Source: Bugula neritina
Lineage: Eukaryota; Animalia; Bryozoa
Direction of reading: 5' to 3'
Assembly: GCA_964035545.1 (NCBI GenBank)
Contig: OZ037765.1
Location: 31,123,504-31,187,503 of the forward strand
Length of the DNA stretch: 64,000 bases
A program made the translations under genes and the position numbers. Below are positions 1-19,277 of this stretch, piece by piece (position 1 is the stretch's first letter; each line of letters begins with the position of its first letter). The notes under the pieces are model-generated. The model was not told where the DNA came from, searched no databases, and saw nothing but the letters and a program-made list of their open reading frames with translations.

Positions 1-891
1 AGTGACATATTTGGTTAATGTTTACATACATATGCATGAATTAGTTTTGAGTGATAACTGGGTTATGTAGAATTAACCTAGAACAATTTTTGAATCACTG
101 TTAATAAATAACGTGATAAAATCTCAATTTCGGAGTTGCTTTTAGGTCTACACCTTTTTGTTTTTGTCTCACACACTTTCCTTACAACTTCTTAAAAGCT
201 CAAGAATTTACAATAATTCTTTTGTAATATTCTTATATCTAAACTTGAAAAAAATGGTCATTTGAAAGTATTTACTCACAGGGGTATGCCACTTTCAAAC
301 CAGCTTTAGTATTTGTGTGAATATTATTTCTACAAGCCAGCTTGTTTATGCAGTTTTGTTTGAGTGACTAGAAAATTTATACAATATGCAGTATGTATAA
401 CATTATGTTGTAGGCCACACTGTTACTGTTCCAGAGTGTTTGGTAGAAAAATCATGGCTTTGGAGAATTGGCAGAAAGAATACATAGATAGGGTTGGGTG
501 GTGGTTGATTTTACTAGTAGCTACATAACTCACATGTATCTAAAGTAATTTATATGACTCAAAAGTTGCCACAATGAATTAACATCTATGTGACTATATT
601 TTTACATGGGCAATATATAACTTGACCATTGAGTATTGAAAACAAGTGTTTAAGACATGCTTATTGATTATGTTGCAGTGATAAAATAAGAATATATAAT
701 ATTGTTAACTGTATACTGTTAACCATATATTTTAAGAAAAAATATCATCATACTAAATTATTATAAATATTATTCATAAATATAATATTACTATTATAAT
801 AATTATTCACGGACGTACGAATACAAGTTATCATTGTGTTCATTGGATATTAACAGAGTTATCCTCTTTGCAATAGAAACAGTAGTTGTGA

Positions 892-911
892 CACGTGATG
901 GATTTGGCGGG
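892..911 (+). promoter_or_regulatory. MCM6 promoter motifs: E-box CACGTG (892-897) and E2F-type site TTTGGCGGG (903-911)
   Basis: Exact motif matches about 200 nt upstream of the MCM6 ATG; MCM genes are classic E2F targets. Confidence 0.6.
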
Positions 912-1109
912 TAATACTTTTAGTAGCTAGTGTTCGTACGACTCATTCACATTGTGATACCGATTGATACCATAGTCATACTCATAGGGATACTGCTAGC
1001 AGATATTCATATTGCTCCAATAAATCGAAAGAAGCCGTTGGTTAGCATTGTTTAATACTTTTGCTGTTAATCTTATTGGGTCTTTAATTTGTAATTATTC
1101 TTTCGTGCA

Positions 1110-8955
<7,846 letters not shown>

Positions 8956-10586
8956 GCTCCTCCATGCGTTAGCACAGGCAGCTGTTTTTTTAGAGCTGAT
9001 CCACTTTTTTATGCTATTGTTATGAGCTAATGATTCCATTTTCATATCTAATATTTTTTTAATAACTGTCATAATTTGATAATCATATTTACCCATTTCA
9101 TGTGTATAGGATTATAAAAGCCATGTTTTACTCCGTCTTTTTCACTTTGTAAATAAAATTATATTAAAATTGGCAGGTATTGTGTTATTGTGTTGGGCTA
9201 TAGGAGTATAGTGTATCTTGCCTTCGTTAACCATCAGAATCATTCAATATTGGACTCAGTGACTTGATAAACGAGGTGTAGTTTATAAGTCCTCTTGTAA
9301 ATGACAACTGGCAGCCTATATGCTCATTGAAGACCCAAAAAATATATTCAAGGCCACTTGAGTTGTAAGTAACATCTTATATAGAAGTGCCTGTGAAGAG
9401 GTGGTATGCTAAAGGTGTGGTTAGCTAGCTCTGTAGTTACAACTTGCAGTATCTGGGGCCTTCGTGATGGATTTTGCTGGGCATAGTTAACATTCATTAA
9501 TGGGATTAGGTGCAAAATAAGGACATCTTTTGATCGAGTTTTAGAAAATGATTTTGATGTTTCATTTACTGGAAAGGGTGAAGTAAAGTTTTCCGTGAAA
9601 CCAGGAGTTACCTCCCACACACAACGGCTTGCCAAGCTGAGTGACCAATCATATGATATTCGAGAGAATACTGTGCGGCTAGCTTTAGAAATTATTTCAA
9701 TGTTTGAAATTGTTAAATGTAATTCAGGGTTTTTGACTGTTAGAGCTGCGAACTCAAAACTGAGCTTCCAAAGCAAAATTGTATTCGGCCAAATAAGTCA
9801 TTCCTGCAGCAAAGTTTTGCATTCAGCATGCTGGTCGAATCAATTCCATGAAAAACAGTTAGTTCTATTTTTTGTGCTAAGTTTACGCTATAGCCGTCCT
9901 TGTGACAACCTGCTGTGTGTGGCTTGTCCTTCATTATAGTGGGCCTTTAGTCTCTTAAACCATTTTAAATGATTTCCTATTCCTTGTTTAGTTCATTTAC
10001 TAGCAGCTAATTTCTATTTATTGCGATAATTTGATGATTGCACCCAATATACATTTACATGATTTTACATCAACTGGTAAAACTTCCATCAAGTATATAA
10101 TCATAAGAAAAATTGTATTTTTACAGTATGTTAAATATCCTTTTTAGGAGTGGATATTTATGTTCTCTTATAGAGAGTCAATCATATGAAAAATGCTCAA
10201 AAAATCATGTAATTAATGCAAAAGAAATGTACATGCAATATATGAAACCTAAAACAATAATTATAAAAACAATATATGTAAATAGTTGAGCATAAAAAAT
10301 ATATGTAGTATGATAATTTTCACAATATAAAATAAAATGGGTATATCAATATGTATAACTTTAATGTTTTCATACTGTCCATAAATATACAATAGAATGG
10401 ACATGTGAAACTTCAGCATAGAATACAGTGGGAGTTGTCTTATTAATGTACTGGAATGATTTTAGCACTAGAAAAGTTGGTAGTTGTAAAACCTGTGTGA
10501 AATCTTATTATCAGCAGTGAAATAAAAAATAATTAAAAACCTGTGCATATTCACTTTGGTAGACTTCTTATCACACTAGGCTGTTA

Positions 10587-13500
10587 TTAGCTATACATTG
10601 CATGTATGTACAACAAGCTAAAAGCACAAATAGATAAAACAAAATTTAAAGATTGTGGAGTTAGTGAGCTGCAGCCGGAATCGACCCACGGCTGCCAGGC
10701 TACAAGCTTATTGTATTGAGGATCGCCTTTCTCATCAGCTACTGACGAAGTTGTGTATTTCACACTCTCATTAAACTTGCTAATGTCTTCCATAAGATTT
10801 CGTAATACGACTTCACTAGTTGAGAGAGGAGCAATATTTCTCTTTTCACATGGATCTAGAGCGATATTAAATAAGCACGGGGCTTGCTTAGGGTTGCAGG
10901 TGAGTGTGTTAGCTAGTCCGCAGTCGACATCTGTTTCTGATATACTGTACCACTCGTTCATGTCTGCTAGGTAGCCGTCTGCATTGGTCTAAAAATAGGT
11001 ACAGTATAAGGAATTGTCAGACTACTCAAGCCAGTTTTTTTTATACATATTTATACATTTATTTCAAATACTAATGACTTATTTTACAACCAGCAAATGA
11101 GCAAATTAGGAACTGCTTAAACTTGATGAGGTTTATATTCAAGCCGTAGTATTAGCAATACCAGAAATATCGCAATGTGAAGTGTGAACAGGCCTTTACA
11201 CTTTTTACAATCATTTCACACAGAGAGGATAACTCCACAGATCACTCACCACAACTTTGTATTCAAACTTGGTATAGGAAGCACTGTCACCGTATATAAA
11301 GTGCATTATACTGTTTCTCACATTCGGGCCATCTGTTAATAAGCAATTGAACTGGTCTATCCCATACAACTTGGCTTCAGGCTTCAACACTACTGTTGGA
11401 GAGTTGCCTAAAAACAGGAAGTGGATTTTGTTGTTTAGTAAAGTACGACACATTTTGATTTTAGTAGATAAATATGCTGAGCTAGTAGTATTTTAGGGAG
11501 CAAAACATAAGCTAGTGATAAATTATTGAGGTGGGTGCAGTAATGGGGAAATTGAGAAAAGTTTGTGTTCTAGATTAGAAATGTAGCAAAAGAAGTTATG
11601 CTCTCGAATTTCAACCCAAATTTTAACCAAAATTTATTACGAAAAGGAAAAACTTAAGCTATTAAAGTTTCTCTACTACCCCACCTAAATGATAAATTTT
11701 TTGGTCCAAAGAGAAATTCTACTCTAAGAAAGAGCATATTATAGGTCCATAAAACTTACAAAGGGATCTCAACTAGAATTTTGTGTAATTTTAAAAATCA
11801 TTTAATATTTTGGCAAAAAGTTAACTCAAAGAAGGCTGATTGTAGTATTTCTTTAAAAGAAGATATTCTATGGTTCATAATTAGTAACGTTGTCACTATA
11901 ACTGTTCGTTGTCATAATTTTTTCTGTTACAACCAGGATTTTTAAATAGTTGAGGTCATGCATTTTACCATCTGTGAACTATGGGAAATGTCAACTTTAA
12001 ATTTTATCCAGGTCTACACCATGCGCCATGCATTACATGCGTGCATTACTTGTACTATCTATTTTTAGATCAATGTGGGATGAAGAGCCTAAATTTAAAA
12101 TTCATTTTTTCACATGAATATCCCAAGTGTTATCTAACTATGCATAATAAAAATTGACCTTCTGTAAAGCAAAGATTGAAATATAATCCGATTAACACGA
12201 GAAACTAGTTGGAGCAGTACATACACTGATATTATGTAAACATGGCAGAAGCAATGACAAGTATATACTTTATGTAAATACAGAACCTGTGCGGCCAGGT
12301 GAGTCAGACAACATTTTATTAAGCAAAAAGTTACGATATTTGACTAATTTGATACTTTGTAAACATACTTGTGAATGGGATATGATACAACAAACACTAA
12401 ATATTATAACTTTATTTTTGAGCTTACATGGGAAAACTAAATTTCGTGTTATTCACATGAATGAAAGTTGAAATATTCTATTGCGTAGTAAAGCATTTAA
12501 ATGCACAGCATATAGTTCCGTGGAAGTTTTCATTATTGAACCTATGAGTTATTATTATTGCTAATACTTTCACTGCTATCGTATTTACTCAAACCAACAC
12601 CACACAAATATTATTGAATGCTTGAGAAAATCAATAAATTATCAACAACCAACTTTTTTGTTTATTCATTGTTGAACAAAAAATGAAAAAATTTGTTAAA
12701 TGAGTGTTATATGATTTTAGATTGCGTTTACTTAATATAAGAAATAATTGTTGGAGCAGTAGAAAAATATTAGAAGAATTTATTCACATAGCCTCCCTTG
12801 GTATAAAACTGACTTCCTTCTATTAACTGAAGTTGCATTATCTAATAGACACTATTTGGAGCACATACAAAGGAGCAGCTATGGTCTTGGAGTTAGAGAA
12901 TTTGCATAGTAAGCACCAAGTCATGGGTTTGCGTCCGACAAAGGCCATTGGTAAAGTTAGGAAGAGCATCCCAGGCAAAATTGCTTTTGCGCCACATTTT
13001 TGAAAAAGTTCTTAGCTCACTTTAAAAAAACCCTTCCATCAGGAGTTTTTTCACAGGGAGGGTGACTATAAACTTGCATGAATTTTTTTTATTTGAAGCA
13101 CATACAAGTCCAGGCAGCCTTAAGAGACATTTGATGGGCATTCAGTAGGGCCTGTAACGTAGAGAAAGTAGAAACTTACCTGTTGCTTCCTGGTACATAC
13201 TGGCTAGAGTTGGTATCCAGTCGGCCACATGGAATATACATGTGGGTATATAGTTGGATGCTCTGGTAAACATGTCATTGAATATCAGGGCTACTCCCTT
13301 AACTCCCCCTTCCCAGCCTGTAAGCTTTGATCCTCTGCAACAAAATCCTTGAAATCATGTGGTTTTAGTGTAAAAAATGACATTTTCTTATCTGTAGGAG
13401 GGAGAAAAGTAAGCTCTCCGTGACAAAAAAGTTAACCTATAGTCTTATGATTCATTGGTTATACAACAATCGGTCAGGTAAATCGTACATTGTTAACAAT

Positions 13501-16500
13501 GACCTGCTATATTATGTTAAGGATGTTCCAATAAATACTAATTTAGAAGTTCTTTTGGAAGACACCATGACTGACTTTGCACTGGCTTTAATGCATTGAA
13601 AATCAGTGAACACGAGACATTCTGTTTCCTGAGTGTTTTCGTATTGTTTTCACAGCCCTTAGTTATATAACAGATTAACAGTCTAATTCAACGTGTATTA
13701 GTAGTTAGACTAGCTAATGTTTTATAAAGACAGGCCCTATAATCGTCATAGAGAAAAATCTTGCAACACTTGGCAATGCCAGCCTACAAAGAGCTGCAGT
13801 AATAATTTGGTAAAGGTGGTGGACTCGGCCTAGATAAGGGTAGCTTGCTGCTGATGCCAAATAAAGAAACTCGCAATGCAAGAGCTGCCTTGCCATAATT
13901 AGTTCTACAGACACTAAAGGGAGAAGTACGTCAGCAAGTTCTATGTTTAGATGACTTTATGGGGTTAGCAGCATTTTCTGATGTTTCATCCCAAACATAA
14001 TTAAGATAATCAGCGGTTTTAATGCAATTTGATTTACCAGATTGAAAGACCAGAAATTTTATCCAGCACCTTGGGCTGAACACATATCTTGTAGTTTATT
14101 ATAAGCTGTCTACAATGATTTATCATGACATTTTAGTTGCCTTGTTACTTGAATATAATTGTAACAGCATAGCAGGTACAAAGTTTAAATAATGTGAGTT
14201 TTAATATCTGTGATTTACAAGTTAAATGCTGGATTTATTAGAATAAATAATGTTATATCTATTCTAATAATTTAACCAAATTTCAATTTTTTTACTTCTT
14301 GCAGCCTTGTATACTACAAATGAGAGTTAAATCTTGCCTGAAGGAAGTACTACAAGATTTTAGATAAATGGCAGAGAACCTAGAGTACATTGAACTGATG
14401 TCATCAGCACCAAGTAGCAAACCTGTATGGTGAGTTTGAGGCAGCATTGAAGTCATATCCTCCAGCTGCCGGGCCTCCGCTGGTCGTAGTGAAGACAACT
14501 ACTGAGTTCATTATCAGCAGATGATCCTTCAGTGCCTCAATAATCCGTCCAAACTGTTGGTCTATGGCTTTGACCAGTGCTGTAACAGAGAGTTTGTGTG
14601 TTAATCTCTTGCAGAGTGCTGTAATAGTTCTTATATTGTTGTTTCTGCTAGATAAATACTAGTAGAACTGATAGCTTTTGGTTTTGCCATATTGTGTGGT
14701 GGACAAGCTTCATTTAATATACTTTTACAATATTTTTAAGAAACTAATGCTATAGAACCTGATGTAGATGCCTGGACCTATAAATATGAATCTAGTAAAA
14801 ATAGTTATACTGGTAAGGAATTTTGGTGGCTTATTAGTTTTGCCAAAAACCACACTGATAACGCAGTTCAAGGTTTTTCTAATGTCACTGCTAAACGCAT
14901 ATGAAACTGAGCAGTACCTAAATAACACTGGCGAGTCGGATCGTCCACATGGCTCACAGCCCTGTAATACTCCACAGGTATTTGCTTTCTCTTTTCACTA
15001 TCTTTACACTGATCAAGATCATCTATTTGAGCTCCTTGGAAAGCTACGTACAGGTGCAGCGGCTAAAATAGAGAATGAACCACAAATTATAACCATATAG
15101 GGGCACCTGCTAGCACTACAGGCACCTTGTGTACTGTGTCATTATAGCTTGGTAACCTCCTGACAGCTCTATCAGTTGTGGTGAGTCATCAAATAAATCA
15201 TAAAAGTACGATCTTTTACCAACAGAGCTGAGATGAAATAATATGAATTACTGACTATCATTTGAGACTATACAGCATAGTTGATAATTAACAGAAATAT
15301 AACTCCTCGTTATGTAAATAACTGCTAAAAAATTCAGGCCAGAAACTCACTTTGAATTTTAGACCTCTTTTATTTAAAAACCACACAACCAAATGCAATC
15401 ACAAGTAGAACTTTTATAGAATAAACATTTTAGTTCATGTAGACAATGTTGATAAGCCAGCATATGTGAATGAAATTTCATAAACTAAGAATTCTTACAT
15501 CTTTATCATCATGATTCTTTATAATGTCAACAGCTTTGGTACCATAGAGCTCTGTTTTGAATGTACCAACTGCAGATTCATCTACATCTAAACCATTGTG
15601 GAGATCAAAGCCCTCGTGGTCACTCTACAATAAGCAGCGGAAAATTGAACTTTGCTTTTCATTTTTTTGTTAACCTTTTGAGTAAATTAAATATTGATAT
15701 CATCACATTATATTTTTAAATAAACAAAAAAATGGATAATTTGTGAATGAGGAGAAAAGCATAAGTGTAGTCAAACCAATGAAGTCAATTCCTACCAAAT
15801 ATAAACCAAATCTAAATACCATTCAAATCAAATATAAGAACAAAACTGGACTTTAAACTCTGAACATTGTTTGGGGAACTAACCTATTAGCTTAGTAAGC
15901 AGTCAGTATACTGTGTTTGTCTGATGATGAAATATGGAGTTACAAATATCACAGTCAATAGTCTGAGTTTTACTGCAGATTAAACATCTGCACCAGTTAT
16001 AGTATAGTCTGAGTTGAGCTGAGTACTAACTTAAACTACAGTAGATTATCGATAGTCTGAATTGAGCTGGATACTAACTAACTATACAAGTTACAGTAGA
16101 CTAGTAGTACCTGATCCTTAGCCTGATGAGTCAGATAATTTCCATAAGTTAAATAGGAGCCATAGAATGTATCGTATCCTCTGCTGGTTGGCAGTAAGCT
16201 CTTAGTATAAAATCCTAGATCCCACTGAAACATTACAGAAAACCATGCACACAGCCCAAACTATCAATCTTCAGAATAGCAAAAAAGGCTACATAAAAGT
16301 TAGTAAATTATGTTAATATAGTCAAAATGATATGAAGTTACTGTGACTACCATGCTGTGAATTTTTAGCAGCTAAATTCTTGCATATTTTGTATTTTATA
16401 AAAAATAATACTCAACACTAATGCTTATTGATTACTTATTTGATGGTTTTTATTTCACATCCTTTACAAGGAAGCAATGCTATTTGAATTTTAGTAGTCT

Positions 16501-19277
16501 GGATACTTGGCTTATCGATTGTATAATAAAAGCATTTGCATCAAATTAACATAATATCCTGCCATCACCATGATGAGTGAGTAAAGTTTTATAATATTTT
16601 AAAACTAAATTACGACAGAAATATTTTATAACAATGTATGGAAAACAAATTACCTGACCAACAGCATGAGTCTTATACTTAGAGTTGATCTCTTTCAGAT
16701 ACTCAGGTATAAGAAGGTGCTCAGTACCCAGCCCGTATGGTACTGTAGCATCCATTGGCTCAAACTGAGTTCCTATTTTTAAACATAGTGTTAACAGGAT
16801 CATTATTGCCTCCATAAATATTCACAAAAACAAATGAGAATATTCGTGTAGCAAATACTAACAAATGAGAATATTCGTGTAGCAAACTACTAAGAAATGG
16901 GTTGGAAAATTATCACTTAGATATAGTTGGTATTATCATTTCTTTTTATAAAAGGGAGAAAAAAAATGCAGAATCAGAAATAATACTAGAGATTTATGAC
17001 TATCTCAGGAATACTTTTCAAAACAGTAAACAAACTTGTATTAACACGCAGGCAGAATATATAGATAACATTAAGGCAGCATATGGACAACATAGGCAGC
17101 ATACATACCAAGATGAGCCGGGTGTTTGCCCGTCAGAAGGGCTGATCTTGTACTGTGACCATTGGGTGTCACGTAATAGTTCTGAAGTGACATGGATACT
17201 TCAGAGAACTTGTCAATATATGGTGTTCGAGCGTCACCCATCCCTTTGTGTATGAAACCAAAGTCATTGTGGCCCTACAAATATTATATAATACTAATTT
17301 ACAGACTAAATTTAACAACATTGAAAATTTCATTAAAAAACATAAGTGCACTACTAGTTGGGTACAAAAGGTTAATTATTGGTAGGTGAAAAGCTTGGGT
17401 CTGAAATGAAATCAATTTAATTAAAAAGAAAAAAGGTAATAATGATTATTAGTCAGGAAAAAACAAAATTCTACATTTGTATTTTTCTGTTGAGACAAAT
17501 GCAATGTAAAAGTGGCTGTTGAAGCCTACATTTTATTATGCAGAGAAAAAACTAAGAATTTCAAAAGAACAAAAGATTGATGTATCACTAAACAATAGCA
17601 TTATCTAATACTTGGACATATTATGAAGGTTTTTTGATGATAGTTGCTTCAGGTCATATAACTAAGTAGTAACACAGAAGTGGTTTTATATTTCAACAAG
17701 TTGAAACATGAGAATGTTGCATTGAGCTTTATTATAAGGGCATGACATTTTATTACCCCTCAATTCATTGCATGAGGAAACCAAATACACATTTGCAATA
17801 AGGCATGTGCCATATTTTTCTCAAGAAATCTAAGAAATGAGAAATTAAGTTACTAACAATTCAAGTCAATAGGCACCTATTCAAACACTTTGATTTAATC
17901 TACAAGATCTAACTGAGGCAATAAAATTTTGCATTCTAGTTAGAGCTGGACAGTTTCTTATAGAGGCAGCAGGCAAAGTAAATGCTGCCTTATTCTAGCT
18001 AATTTAGAAATGCAGACTTCATGAAATCATGTTTATTGCAAGGAAATGATAAACATATTATAATATTGTTTATAGTTCTATACGTTGAGTAGCTGATGAA
18101 GTTCATGCATGGATCTGTAAGCTGTACAACCTTACATTGCTGTAAGACTGACTGCCTGCCCATGATAAAGTGCACACCAACATATCTTTAATATTATCAG
18201 AGATCTTGAAAACTAAATCTTCTAGTTGTTTTGGATTTAGACAATAAATCGCAGAGAGAAGCTGCATATACTATTTGATATTGCTATGAAACACTGGTTT
18301 TTCAACATACTTTGATTGCTTTAATTGAAACTTCTAACAAATATCTATTATACTATAATTAAGAGCCAAAATGCTAATAAAACGTTATGACTCTGGTTTC
18401 TAACATAAACCATTGGCTTAATGAAGTTACACTCAGATCTGACTACTTTACTTAATTCTCATAATTACTGAAGCAGTGACTTGACTTTGTTAATCACCAT
18501 TTCAAAAGCCAGCAGATGGATCTAATTAGCAAAAGTGTTTAGACTTACACTTCAGTACTTCTGTTCAATCAGAAACTCAATATAAATTATCTATATTATA
18601 AATGTGTCCATTTTTATAAGGACTTTAGCCTAAAGCATTGCAGTCTAGTGAAGAATATAAATTATCCAAATCTTAACACAAGCAAGATAATGGCCCTACA
18701 GGCGCTGATGCTGCTTTTAGCTGTAAAGTGTCATGATAACTTTTAGTTGGGAACTATTAGTTTATGGTATAGCCTATATACGATGATTTTAGTTCCCAAC
18801 AAGATAATTCAATCTGTCAAATAAGCAGCTTAAGCACTATAGTCCAAGTATAATATAAAAGTTGTGTAGAGTGTGGCACACAGAGAGATGTGAAATAATA
18901 TACTGTAAAATTTTCTACGTGAATAAAGGGTTTAGCTTTTTGGAGGTTTGGCTATTTTGGAAGATGCCTAACATTTTAAAACTCACTTTAGATTTTCAAA
19001 ACCTTTCAAGTCTTTAACCCAGACTCCAAACAAAGAAACAAACATAATATAAGAAGTAAAGCAAAGCAGTAATTGCACTAATATTTGTAGAGAAATACAA
19101 GATTTGCTTACAGTAATAAATGTGCAATAGGCCACACTACTAAAGCTGCTAGCAATATTATTACACATTAATAGTAGTACTTACTATATCATCGACAGTT
19201 ATTATAATGATATGAGGAGTGTACGAAGAGGCAGCTATAAATCCAGAGCATAGAGTCAGCAGTTGAGCTAGCACCAT
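10587..19277 (-). CDS. Arylsulfatase B/I/J-like protein, predicted catalytically inactive, with signal peptide and C-terminal hydrophobic (GPI-like) tail; 544 aa, 10 exons
   Basis: Phase-consistent exons 19277-19185, 17274-17109, 16772-16654, 16224-16111, 15624-15499, 15062-14918, 14579-14423, 13334-13180, 11407-11250, 10988-10587 (1635 nt). Sulfatase-fold landmarks: PHIIIITVDDIGHND, TPYID, NYYVTP..RSALLTG, RGYDTFYG, PLHLYVAFQ, NSPYRGSK..WEGG, FHVADWIPTL, CLFNIALDPCEKRN, AWQPW. Confidence 0.93.
12872..13070 (+). mobile_element. Degenerate tRNA-derived SINE with a V-domain-like core
   Basis: A-box-like TGGTCTTGGAGTTAG, B-box-like GGGTTTGCGTCC, then GTTAGGAAGAGCATCC..GCAAAA, which resembles the GGAAGGGCATCC..TAAAA core of V-SINEs. 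Lies antisense in a sulfatase intron. Confidence 0.5.

Noticed and set aside
13714-13914. ORF containing FLYLA as an alternative sulfatase exon
   Set aside because: The true PLHLYVAFQ exon is at 15062-14918; this ORF is out of order and has no other sulfatase similarity.
14290-14435. Possible plus-strand antisense exon (TTGCAG| ... ATG|GTGAGT) overlapping a sulfatase exon
   Set aside because: Internal stop and no partner exons found; the donor motif is explained by sulfatase codons on the other strand.
10587-19277. Calling the sulfatase a pseudogene
   Set aside because: All ten exons join in frame with canonical splice sites and no stops; only active-site residues are altered.
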